A stretch of DNA of 64,000 nucleotides from NCBI RefSeq assembly GCF_964204645.1, contig NC_134034.1, positions 4,562,914 through 4,626,913 on the forward strand. The letters are read 5' to 3'. The DNA is from Tubulanus polymorphus (Eukaryota; Animalia; Nemertea). Under the pieces are notes generated by a model. That model made no database searches and was not told the origin of the DNA. It saw nothing but the letters and a program-made list of their open reading frames with translations. Numbering within the stretch: position 1 is the first letter of the stretch; the number at the start of each line of letters is the position of its first letter. Made by a program: the position numbers and the translations under genes. Shown here one piece after another: positions 14,301 through 26,500 of this stretch.

Positions 14301-15272
14301 ATCACCGGGGAAGTCCTGAGACAGAATTAGGGCAAAGACGATTCACGGGAAGTTCTGGAAGGCGGAGAGGGGCAACGCCACCTTTGCATGGCTGACCACC
14401 AAGTCGAGGAATTACAATCGGAAACGGTGTGTGATATAATGTCGATGCAAGATGGAACCGTCCGGACTCCCTACTGGCAAAACCGGTTTGGCACCCGGGA
14501 CTCACCAATGTGCCACGCATGCGGCGCAGTGGTCGTGACGATTGCACATATAATATCAAAGTGCTAGAAACACAGTTGGGTTACACATAAGACACTTCAT
14601 GACGATGTTGCACGAGCCTTGTACAAGATCATCGTAAACCAGATCGGGATCAAAGTACAGGTAGACGAGGGTAGTGCTCCGCCGGACGTGGTAGAGGGCA
14701 AAGTTGAACTGCGCCGGGACCCGCCGATTCCAACGGATAAGAAAATAGAGGCTAGGAGGCCGGACATTCTCCACAAAGATAATGAACGCAGGCTAAGGAT
14801 CACCGAGGTGGCGGTGGCACTAGACCATCCTAGTTTCCGAACGGTTCCAGGAAAAGTACAACAAATACCTCCCACTGAAGAACCAGCTAGGTCGACTCTT
14901 TCCAACGAACAAAGTCGTAGTGTGTCCTGTCAGTATCAGTGCGTTAGGTAACACGCTCATGCTCGAAGAAAACCAAGACTGGGCTGGAGATCTCTGCGCC
15001 CTGGATCGCCGTAGTGCGATTCAGGTTATGCAGAGTGCCGCGCTGACGGGTTCAGTGAAGGCCCTAAAGATGCACATTGCAGGGTTCTAAGCTCATCACC
15101 GATGAGCGTTGATTCACCGATTGGGTAGGAGAGCTGACACGGCTGCTCTACGCGGGAAGGAAGCCTGGCGTGCATGCCAAGGGCCTACCGAACGCAACAA
15201 CCCGGTATTTCCTTTTCTACTTACACAGAAGTCCGAATACCAATGCCGGACACTATGAGAAGACTATTATTA
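11372..15272 (+). mobile_element. R4/Dong-clade non-LTR retrotransposon (RT plus restriction-like endonuclease), decayed
   Basis: KAPGPDSIQN, WIDFKKAYDKVPH, RGLLQGDALSP, YIDDIKL, RLYLPRGEGGLGL; CCHC knuckle at about 14510-14565; RRPDI...ITEVAV PD-(D/E)xK endonuclease. GC-rich against the flanks, ends in (TAT)n, several stops and frameshifts. Confidence 0.85.
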
Positions 15273-15926
15273 TGGTTTTTTTCGGAATTCGCAGTGAGGC
15301 CGTTTACAGCGCATTAATCAAATAAAGTACTGTGACTGTAGTGCTTTCTCATCTTCAGCGAGAATAACTGTATCATCCGCATAGAGAATGATAAAAAAAA
15401 ATTCAATAAAGTATCAAGCTCTTGATTACGTTTCGAATTCAGACTTTCAATAATTGTCAGAGTTGGTTTTCCACGAGTGATAAAAAAATCCTCGATATCG
15501 TTTAAGAATAAAGAAAATAGAATGGGTAAGAGATTTTCGCCCTGTCTTAGACCCCTTTCAGCTGCAAAATATTGAGAGGTGCTACCATTAAATTTCATAC
15601 ATGATTTGCCTGAATTGTACATGTTCTCAAGTACTCTTAAAAAATTTCCATCTATACAATTGGCTAATAATTTCCTCCATAACGTTACTCTACATACTGA
15701 GTCGAACGCTTTTTTAAAGTCAACAAAGGCACAGAAAAGTCTTCTACCCTGGCAATGATACATTTCAACGATCCATTTCAGCGTAAAGATATGGTCAAAA
15801 GTTGAATACTTCGATCTAAAACTAGCTTGAGCCTCACTTATAATATTATTTGCCTCTAGGAAAGTTGACAGTCTATGGTTTAAAATACTCATAAATAGTT
15901 TACCTAGGCAACTTACTAGGGTGGTA

Positions 15927-16386
15927 CCTCTGTAGTTATCAGGGTTAAAGGGGTCGCCAATTTTTTGAAAATAGGTTTGATAATGCCTACAGACCACATC
16001 TCTGAGATTTAATAAATTTTGTAATATATTTATATAAATATATATTTATATAATTATTTTGTAATTTATTCGGATATTGGCTAAACTTCAATAATTCATT
16101 CGTAATTCCATCAATGCCTGATGCTTTGTCGTTTTTAAGTAGGGAAATTGCTTTAACAACCTCTGTAGTTATCAGGGTAACAGGGATCGCCTTTCTTTTT
16201 GAAAATAGGTTTGATATTGCCTACAAACCACACCTCTGGGACATGGCCAGTTTTAAGTACTAGATTGAATAAATTTTGTAATATATTTACTCTGTTCGGA
16301 TATTGGCTAAACTTCAATAATTCATTCGTAATTCCACCAATGCCTGATGCTTTGTTGTTTTTAAGTAGGGAAATTGCTTTAACAAC
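15927..16386. repeat. Tandem duplication of ~230 bp inside the LINE
   Basis: cctctgtagttatcagggt...gtagggaaattgctttaacaac occurs twice; the first copy has a deletion and an AT-rich filler. Confidence 0.8.
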
Positions 16387-17847
16387 TTCATCAGTGGTTA
16401 TATCACAGTTTAAAGTACAATTGTTGCACACAGGATGATCAACCAAATCTGGGGATTCACTGACATCATTCATTACATTGTCAACATTATCAAAATCATT
16501 TAACTTCCTAAAATGTTCGAGAAAAATATCTATATCAACATCGCCTTACTTATCTTTGGTCCCATTATCGGAGTTAAGCATTGACCAATATCTGTTTGGA
16601 CCATTAATTTCACATTCTCTCAGTTCTTTAATAAATGCTTCATTTTGTATTTTCTTACTTTGTCTTATAACTTTTTTATGCTCCTTAGATGCCTTCTTAA
16701 ATGATCCAAAGTTAGAAGGCGAAGGGCAGCCCCTATATCTATCTCTCCTATAATTATATCCTTTCTGTGCATCTCTGCAGTATTTGCGAAACCAATTGTG
16801 AACTGTCTTTTTCCTGCTATTACTTTTTCTATGATACATCAAGTTACATTCTTCAGCACTTTTTAATAAAGAAGACACAAATTGTTCAGTAAGATCATTT
16901 ACATTATCCGGAGATTGATTGTCTATGTTCTGCAGCCCATTCAGTAGCAGTTTGTTTAAATCCATGTCGCATAGTTTTGACTCGGCCCTCATGAAAAATT
17001 GATTTGATTTATTGTTATCCCACCTAACTGCAGCTTTTTCATTGATATGAGTATTATTATCATTAGCACTAGTTGCATGTCTGGAATGTGTATTCAACCA
17101 CAGCTGAGCTACCATTAGCGCCATCTATCCAGCATAAATTGAAGCTTTTGCCAGCTTTTAGAGCCAATATATCATTTTGGCGTTGCCTATTTTGTGACTT
17201 AAATAATGAATATGAAGAACCCTGATCAACTTTTGACATTTGCGGTGACGGTAAACTGAAATTCCAAAAACTGAACGGTAAACTGAAAGGCCCAAATAAA
17301 GTGAAAGTCGTCTTTTGGGAAAATGGGTGTAGAAGCAAATAATCTATACTAGGCTTAAGATGTGGATTAGGATGGGCTGATGGTTTGGAGGGTTCTGTTA
17401 CGTAGCCTATAGACCTGCCCCTGTAAAGTGGAACAGCGTCTTAATTTTCTAGAGCGCCCATAATTTTTGCAACCGCCTATTTAAGTCCATTAAAGTCACA
17501 TTATCAACTCAGTGTTTTCGTATTAGCCTGATTGTTACTACTCGTGGGTACCCTGTACTATATGAATTCAACAATTGCAATTCATAAAGACTACTTGAGA
17601 CTTTTGGCCACATAAGAGTTTATAAACTGTTGTCAGTGAAATTAGCTTTCATTTTGTAGATTCCCACTGTAGAATCATTTTTTGATGACTAACCACATGT
17701 AGGTCTCAAGATCAGGTCTCATAATAATTTCTAAATATATCCCTTTCCCAGAATTGTAAGCTCTCACTTAAATATTCCATATTCAAACACAATGAGTCCA
17801 CTTAAAACCAAAAGGCTCTGCATTATTGCCATTGCATAGTTGATGCC

Positions 17848-18105
17848 ATGGCGTGTAACGATATTGACGTGAATTCACCGGCGATAGACAGAGCTCACAA
17901 TATAATGGCTATTGCCACGAGGTTGTTGAAAAAAGGGAAATGTCACTGCGAAGTACACGGAGAGGAGATAAGATTCATGAGAGGATATCCTTTCTTCTTA
18001 TCCAAATCGGGCATAAATGCTGAACTGTTTGCAAAGAACAAATTACACATCAGTCGCCAGGGAGTTCAGGGAATTGCTACATATGCACGGGCATATTTTC
18101 GGTGA
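17848..18105 (+). pseudogene. Possible LINE ORF1 / SGNH-esterase remnant
   Basis: IDRAH motif and LFAKNKLHISRQG, resembling the D-x-L-H esterase motif of CR1-type ORF1. Confidence 0.3.
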
Positions 18106-18429
18106 GAGCTGAGGACCAACATTGCTATTCGGTATTCATTCACACGAATCACTTAAATGGTTCCAGCTTAATGCCCGTGCATGCACCCTCAGTTAAGAAG
18201 ATGAAGAAAACGGGTGAAAATAAGAAGAATGCGACACAGAAGAGAATACCGAAAACGACCATCGTCAAGATCACGCAGAAGAAGGTTAAGTAAGTATGTC
18301 AAGATCCGTGAAGCTCGCAATCACCTAGCCTCATGATTAGTTCAATTCGTTTCGCCAATACAGTTTAATCAGTTTCTTTTCAAGGTACATTTTGGTATAA
18401 TATTCATTTTTAAATGCTTCGATTAAATC

Positions 18430-19310
18430 AGATTGCAATACCAATGTCAACTGGAAAACTGTTTAATTTCTTTTTTCATATTGTTCATAATTAGACAATC
18501 TATAACATGTGTTACATCTTGTGTTGAATATTTTTAACTTAATATTGACCCCAAAGAAAACATTTTTCGTCTTCATTTTGAACATTAATTACTACTTTTG
18601 TAAAAATATTCACATCTGTTGTGTATAGTGAAACATTTTCGATATTTTGGGATTTTGATTTTTTTTCTGGTTTTATTAGGAAAAGTTAAATCTAAAAATA
18701 CTATTTCATCTAGTGATAAACCAGGACCTACGCAATATCTTTCTTCAATACGTGTTCTAAAATTCATTAATTTCTTTAATATAACTTCCATTTGAACTTT
18801 TGAATATGATGTGTTACTTTTTCATCATATTTAATAAATATAACATTACCAGCTAAACAAGTTTAAGAATATTCAACATCTGTAACAAAATTCATAATAG
18901 TTTTCATTAATTCTAAATGATTTTCAAAATCCTCAACTGTTCAATCATTATGAAATGTAATAATTAATGCAGCTGGTTCAACTTTCTAGCTAAATGATTC
19001 AATGATTTCAAAATCATCCTCATCATATCTAATGAATTTATCTAGTCATTGATATTTTTCATAAAAGCCTTGTCTGTCTTTGTAGTTTTAATGGTTTTTT
19101 CCCATTGTTTTTTAGCAACGAAATATTCGTTGCCTAAAAACATTTTACTTATATTCTTTTTATGTTTTAGAGAATCTAACTGTCCCTTAAATTTCTTTTT
19201 TAATATATTCATCACAAATATTGCAATAAATGTCATATAATTTATAGAATATATTTTTTTCATCCGAATTTAATTTGTCAACATCTATTTTTTTATGTTG
19301 ATGCGATACA
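18430..19310 (-). pseudogene. Diverged fragment of the N-terminal region of the same Polinton PolB family
   Basis: IEERYCVGPGLSLDEIVFLDL matches IEERYFEGSGLTLNEIIYLDL of the 23589 ORF; LDSLKHKKNISKMFLGNEYF matches LESQKHHQNLSNNVLGKDYF. Confidence 0.75.
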
Positions 19311-19428
19311 TGATGAAAAGATGTATTCCACAGGGACCTGACAAAAAGAATTTTGACCCTAGTATCCTAGGTACTATATATAAAAAGACAAGGGAGCCAA
19401 CTCTCCGTCAGATCGGTCGATAGGTATG

Positions 19429-19752
19429 TCACTTCAACAGTTCGTAATTTCGTTATTGATAATCCAATCCGCTTCAAGTAAGATTATTCTTAAAGATAAC
19501 GAATTTCTGCGTTGGACTGAGTGGTTTGAGAAAGATTTGAGTGCCTGTGAGATTGTTAAATCGTTCGATAAATCCGTCTGTACCGCACCAGCCTGGAAGT
19601 AAATATGACCATGATTTTTGAAAACAAACGGCGCTTTCGACCAGAAATTCTGAACCGATTTTTTACAAACGAGAGCTTTCTTTATCTTAAAGAATAATCT
19701 TACTTGAAGCGGAATGGATTATCAATAACGAAGTTACGAACTGTTGAAGTGA
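19429..19752. mobile_element. MITE-like foldback element with ~70-bp inverted arms
   Basis: tcacttcaacagttcgtaa...cttaaagataa (19429-19499) is the near-perfect reverse complement of 19682-19752. Non-coding, no clear TSD. Confidence 0.7.
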
Positions 19753-19949
19753 ATAATTAACTGTAAATGTCAAAAGGCCTTATGTTTTAGGATATTATCG
19801 ATATTATGTCTATATTTATATAAATCTGTAATATTTTATAATGATTCATTCCATCGACAGAATACATATATGCAGCTTGAGACATACATTGATCTGATCT
19901 TGTTTTGTTCCTTTAAAGGATTATTCTGAAGACAACCCCGTCTTCATAC

Positions 19950-21828
19950 TTCATCCGAGCTTAATGCAATTAAGGTAAAGCATTCATCAATATTCACAGT
20001 AAACAGTCATTAGAAAAATATGCAACACAAATACATACATTTTATTCTAATTTCTATTTCCGCACATTTCAAGGAAAAGTCCTCCATGCTGGAACGGAAA
20101 GTTGGAAAATTGAAAAAAAGAGGAAGTGCAATCTGAAGTAAGCTACCCGGTGTTTTACTAAAGAAATCTCCATTAATTCACAATCCTGCTTCTCATATTT
20201 TTTAATATTCATTTTCATGATTAACCGAGAAATTAACAGTAACATCCACAAGATTGTACTCAAAACTTAGCTATACATGCGCCATCTATTGACCAACATG
20301 TGACGTACATGCACCCTTTTATAAGCGTATGTTATATAAACTTGGTATGCTAGGTATAGTAAAGGTACACCACACTAAATGTCATTCTTTATTCATTCAT
20401 TCACATTCACATTAATTGATTCAGATGCAGGTCTCCATAGAACACAGTGTACATGTTTGAAATGTCAGTATTGCAGGCTTTTTGCCATTTAAACCCATTC
20501 CGGATCTCATGAACTTGAGAACTCAAGTCTCGGGCAGGTATTGGAAATATATGACGAATTCGCCTCAAAATCATATAACGTGATACAGTAACGGAACATC
20601 TCCATATTTTCTCGAGTGTACGCCACTTTCGTAGGTGCTTTAGACGCACACTGTAAAACTCACCGTAAAGTATGAGTAAACTTAAAGGGTCAGGAAATAC
20701 AACCCCATCGCAGCTTTAACTGAAGAGAGCGGGGCCATGCCGATGGTAAATGCCCCAACCTAGGAAAACCGCTAGCAACCTGGAAACCACGACTTGCTGC
20801 TCCCACACATGCTGAAGATGCAATGTTACCTCTTCCCGCAACTAGTGCGGAAGTCGCCGATCTCATGGAAGGGCTACAAAACCCCACAACTCCAGGTGAA
20901 AATCTCAGCATAGCAAAGTGGTGGCCAACCGGATCAGTCATGCACCTAGGGTAGCAGCAGTTGTGGATTCAGTTGATATTCGAATCTCTCAATGAGTTCG
21001 TCGAACCGAGGTTATACCATTTTTGGGATAATAGTGGCATGTGCAAAGTTGCTCGCCACAGTAATCCGGAACGTGATAACAAGATGCATATCTTGGCATT
21101 GGCAATCCAGGAGGAACAAAATGTGCAAACTCTCCCGAAGAGTTAAAACGGGCACAGGACATTGCGATTAAGAACTTTCTCCCTGATGCGTCTTGCTTCG
21201 AGGGAGAACGCTACCGAGCATGCAAAGGATACTCTATGCGTATGGCTTGTTTCATTCCCCTAAAAAAATTCGTATGCACGCACATTCCACATTAACAACG
21301 TACGAGTCGGATGTAGCATTCCTCGGAGTAATTCAGGTAAATGTTACCTGTTATTCATTGTTTACAATATACTTCACTATTTCATACTATGAATGTGTAA
21401 CAGAATCATAATCAATTTAACGGGTTAATTTAATTTTTCAAACCTCAAATAATACACGCTAATAACAGCCTAATTTGGTAGCAATGAGGACTCACATTCT
21501 CATATACGAGCACGAGTATGTTATATGGGGGGAAATATAATGATATCTAAGTTTTTCATTTAATCCCATTAAAGGAAACCCTCGCCTCGACGGAAGGAAC
21601 GATTCGAATTCTCGAAGAACTGCAGCGATATATCCCGTCTTATCCTAACGGTGACCGTTCGGGATTTTGTCATGGGGTGAGCAGCTCTCGTGCGAATGGC
21701 ATGATGTTGAAAAAAATGAACACCGGAAATTCGTGGAAATACTCGAGGGATTGGGGCCTACGCCTCAGGAGTTCCCTTAACGGATGCTCCTGATGCAAGA
21801 TGCAAAGAAAACTTTAGGCTCAGGCCAA
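19950..21828. repeat. Dispersed repeat, copy B
   Basis: Aligns to 6902-8570, with a different insert at about 20082-20318. Confidence 0.9.
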
Positions 21829-22865
21829 AACTCCACAACTCCAGGTGAAAATCTCAGCAGAGGAAAGTGGTGGCCAATCGGATTAGTCATGCACCTAGGG
21901 TAGCAGTAGTGGTTCAGTTAACATTCGAATCTCTCCGTGAGTTCGTCGAACCGAGGTTACACCATTTACTGGGATAGTAGTGGCATGTGCAAAGTTTTTC
22001 GCCACAGTTATCCGGAACATGATAATAAGATGCATATCTGGGCATTGGCAATCCAGGAGGAAAAAAATGTGCAAACTCTTCCGAAGAGTTAAAAAGGGCA
22101 CAGAACATTGAGATTAAGCACTTTCTCCCCGATGCGTCTTGCTTCGAGGGAGAACGCTACCGTGCCGCAATGACCATGCAAAGGATACGCTATGCGTATG
22201 GCTTGTTTCATTCCCCTTAAAGAATTCGTATGCACACACATTCCACATTAACAACGTACGAGTCATCGTTGAAATCGGATGAAGCAAACCTCGGAGTAAT
22301 TCAGGTAAATTTGTGCCTTATTCATTGTTTACAATATACTTCACTATTTCATACTATGAATGTTTTAGAGAATCATAATCAATTTAACGTTTAATTCAAT
22401 TTTTCAAACCTCAAATAAGACACGCTAATAATGGCCTATTTTGATAGCAATGAGGACTCACATTCACATACCAATGTATATCGATATACAACGCTTAAAA
22501 TGTCAACAATGTGGCCTGGCATGTTGTATATGAGCACGAGTATGTTATATGGGGGGAATATAATGATATTTAAGTTTTTCATTTAATCTCATTGAAGGAA
22601 ATCCCCGCCTCGACAGAAGGAACGATTCGTATTCTCGAAGAACTGCAGCGTCTTATCCTAACGGTGACCGTTTGGGATTTTGTCATGGGGTGACCAGCTC
22701 TCGTGCGAATGGCATAATGTTGAATAATTGAAATATGAACACCGGAAGTTCGTGGAAAATACTCGAGGGATTTGGACCTACGCCTCAGGAGTTCCATTAA
22801 CTTCAGGCTCAAGCATCGCTGAAAAAGTATAAGCAGGATTAGCGGTGGATAATCAAGGAAAATGT
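21827..22865. repeat. Dispersed repeat, copy C (partial, more diverged, tandem to copy B)
   Basis: Restarts at aaaactccacaactccagg (equivalent to about 7613) and runs to ggattagcggtggataatcaaggaaa (equivalent to about 8620). Confidence 0.85.
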
Positions 22866-22981
22866 ATGGCTTTTCCTTCATAGAAATTTTAGGTGGAGTA
22901 ATTAAAGAAACCGCTCAACTGGTATAAAGATCTTGATGAGGTGTTTGAACGCGGGAAATTCTATATACGAGGAGATGCCTA

Positions 22982-23242
22982 TTGAATAAACCATTGCCCA
23001 TCGTGCGACGAGATAAACGTTTTGGATATTCCGCGAGGGTGATATTTGGATGCTGTAAGGCGTATTGCTGTTTGAACTGTGTATCCGGTAAGGCTAGATG
23101 TCCGGTTTGCCAGTTCGATTACGAGATGACTGATTTTCGATGGTCTGACCGGAAACCGATGCGGGCACGTCAATGTGGACGAAACGACTGCGGCGGTACT
23201 GGTGACAAAATCACCGGTTGCTCTTCATCCCATATTTTGTAA
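22982..23242 (+). CDS. Small Cys-rich RING-like ORF, possibly a Polinton accessory remnant
   Basis: GCCKAYCCLNCVSGKARCPVC. Confidence 0.3.
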   Translation: MNKPLPIVRRDKRFGYSARVIFGCCKAYCCLNCVSGKARCPVCQFDYEMTDFRWSDRKPMRARQCGRNDCGGTGDKITGCSSSHIL

Positions 23243-23529
23243 TCGGTTGTAGCGAAAGATCGGATTTTTGCGGTGTTTGCAGCTTAGGCGTTTGTTTCCT
23301 TTGCAATACGATAACAAACGAACATCGTGAATATGGCAATTGAACATGCGATGATGAATATTGCGGAGTGGCAACACACACCGAATTGTATGAACGAATT
23401 CTTATCTTCAAAAAATTTCCCCGTGTATCTTCGATGTAAAAGCATTTCATGTCTGAGATAATTTCGAAAATAAAACATAAAAATTTTACATCTCTTTTCA
23501 AATCGACGTATTGTTTTTGCTATTAGTTT

Positions 23530-23593
23530 GTTTCAGATCAGAGGGCGAGACACCACTCATCACCACAAGTAATTTTTTTTCCTAATAAATGGG
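23530..23593 (+). repeat. Left terminal inverted repeat of copy 1
   Basis: gtttcagatcagagggcgagacaccactcatcaccacaagtaattt (46 bp) matches the reverse complement of 41924-41977 apart from an 8-bp duplication there; imperfect similarity extends through ATAAATGGG. Confidence 0.9.
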
Positions 23594-26500
23594 GGAGAAT
23601 GAACACCAGACAGAAAACAATAATGTTAATAAAAATCAATATTATTGCCAATATTGTAAAAAATACATCGATACATCTCATAAAACACGACATGAAAAAA
23701 CTGCAAATCATATAAAAAATGTAATAAATTTTGAAACTCCAGAATATTCCAATGAAAGAAAAGTAAGATTAGAAAATATGAATGTGGATGAAATAAAATG
23801 TGAAGTTTGTAATGAATTTATAGTAAAAAGGAATTATAATAGACATCTCGAATCACAAAAACACCACCAAAATTTGAGTAATAATGTTTTAGGAAAAGAT
23901 TATTTTAACGATAAACCTCAAAAAGTAAAAAAACCAAGTTCAAAAACTAAATCCATTTCAAATAAACCTCACATGGAAAATGTTAGAAATTATATTGATT
24001 CACTAGAAATAAAAGATACAATTGAAATTTTAGAAACATTACATAGTAAAATTGGTCCTGCAGCTATTATATTTGGATTTTTTAAAGGTACAACAATAGA
24101 AGATTATAGTAAATTTAATGAAATAATAGAAAAAATACTAGATTTGATAACAGATGTTGAATATCCAAAAAATAGTATCTCTGGGAAAGTAAGTTTTATA
24201 AAGTCAGAAGAAAAAATGGATTATAATATTCAAACACTCTCTGAAGAAATAATTTCAAAAACGCAAATAAAAGAGAAGTTAGAAAAAAAATTTAATGAAT
24301 TTAAACGTCATATTGAAGAAAGATATTTTGAGGGTTCTGGCTTAACATTGAATGAAATTATATATTTAGATTTAAATGTTTACAATACAAAAAGGAATAA
24401 AACATCAAAAAGTAATAAAATGTTTAAAAATGATTCAAACTTTACAACAGAAAAGGATATTAAAGCATCATCTTATATTAAATTACCATTTACAACAAAA
24501 GCAGTAATAAATGTTCAAAATGAAGATAATAAATGTTTTCTATGGTCAATTATTAGTTGTTTACATCCAACACAGGAAAATGTTTGTAGAATAACAGATT
24601 ATCGGAAATATGAAACATTATATAAAATTGATCAATATCCAGTAACTATAAAAATGATTCCTAAAATAGAAAAAGTTAATAATTTAAAAATAAATGTATT
24701 CGAATTAATGCAATTACCAAAGACAAAAGGTGAAAATATTAAAGATTATACATTGGAAGCTTTATATTTAACAGAATATTATGATGATGAAAATGTTATG
24801 GATTTGTTATATTACAAAAAAGATGAAAATGAACATTATATGTGGTTAAAACAAATTGATTTATTCTTTAGAACAACAGAAAGTGATCATCATCGTAAAA
24901 TTTATCTATGTAGAAAATGTTTATCTAAATTTATGACTGAGAATGCGTTACTAAAAGATAAAGAATTATGTGATAATAAAGATTTTTGTAAATTAATAAT
25001 GCCAACAAAAAAAGATTGTAAGTTGAAATTTACTAATCATAAATTTAAAAATATTGTTCGTTTTGTAATTTATGGGGATTTTGAATCGTTGAATAAAGAA
25101 TTAACTGATCAAGATAGAAAAGAAATATATAACAAAAAGCAATTATTAAAATCAATGGATAAAGGAAATGAATTAAATGAAGACACAATACAAGACCCTC
25201 CAATTATAAATACAATTTAAAAAGTTCACCAAAGAGCTGCTGCTTATGGAATTTATATAAAATCAAATTATCCTGAATTATATGAAAGTCAATATATTTC
25301 TTTTAGAGGTGAAAATGTAGTTAATGATTTTTGTGATAAAATGATTGAATTAGAAAGTGATTTTACAAAATTATTAAACAAAAATAAAAGAATAGTTATG
25401 ACAAAAGAAGATGAAATTGATTTTAATTATGCAACTCATTGTTGTTATTGTGAAAAACATTTTTATTCATTTGATAAAAAAGTTAGAGATCATGATCATT
25501 TAAATTCAAAATATCGTGGAGCTGCTCATGAAGATTGTAATTTACAAGCTAAGAAAGTTAATTTCGTACCAATATTATTTCATAATTTATCAGGCTATGA
25601 TACCCATCTATTTATAAAACAATTATCGGGAAAATTGGGTGCAATTAATCAAGAAATAGAACAATATAATGCTATGCATGGTGTAAATGTAAGAAAATAT
25701 GATTTTAAACTATTAGCTAAAACATCTGAAAATTATATTTCATTTCAATTTGGTTGCATTAGATTTTTAGATTCTTATAGATTTCTAGCAAGTTCATTAG
25801 GTAAATTATCAAAAAGTTTAGTTGATAATGATTTTGTTATAACTCGATATTATTATCCAAATGAACAAGATTTTAAATTATTGAGATATAAAGGCGCAAT
25901 TCCTTATTCATTTTATAAAACACACAATGATTTTAATGTAACAGAATTATTAAAAGGTCAATTTTATGATCAATTAAAAGAGGAGTATGTGAAAGACGAA
26001 GTGTTTAATAGAACATTAAATATTTGGAACCATTTTAAGATGAAAAATCATGGCGAATTAGTTGATTTATATTTAAAATCAGATGTTATGATATTGGCTG
26101 ACATATTTAAAAAATTTAGAGAAGTTAATTTGAATCATTTTAATGTTGATCCTTGTTATTGCTACTCTAGTCCTGGTTTAACCTGGCAATGTGGTTTAAA
26201 ATATACAAATGTAGAATTAGATTTATTAAAAGAACCAGATATGGTTTTATTATTTGAAAAATCAATTAGAGGTGGAATTAGTGGTGTTATGGGAGATAGA
26301 TATTTTAAAGCAAATGATGAATATAAATTATTATATATTGACGCCAATAATTTATATGGTTGGGCAATGATGCAACCTCAACCATATAAAAATTTTATAT
26401 TAACAGAAGTTGAAAATGATGATAAAACTAATTGGGAAAGCGCAATTATGAGTTTAGAAGATGAAGCACCAATTGGTTATTTCTTTGTAGTTGATTTAGA

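Larger units (their letters stand above)
10265..17340 (-). mobile_element. 5'-truncated L2/CR1-group LINE, interrupted by the R4-type element at about 11372-15272
   Basis: RT motifs PDNYRG, FVDFKKAFDSV, GLRQGENLLPILFSLFLND (15314-15997); KASGIGGITNELLK (16153-16473); C-terminal YGCEVWG and ERLCLACNVLGDELHFIFNC (10434-11215). The 3' end has AATAAA followed by an (ATCCTA)n tail at about 10265-10293. Confidence 0.85.
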
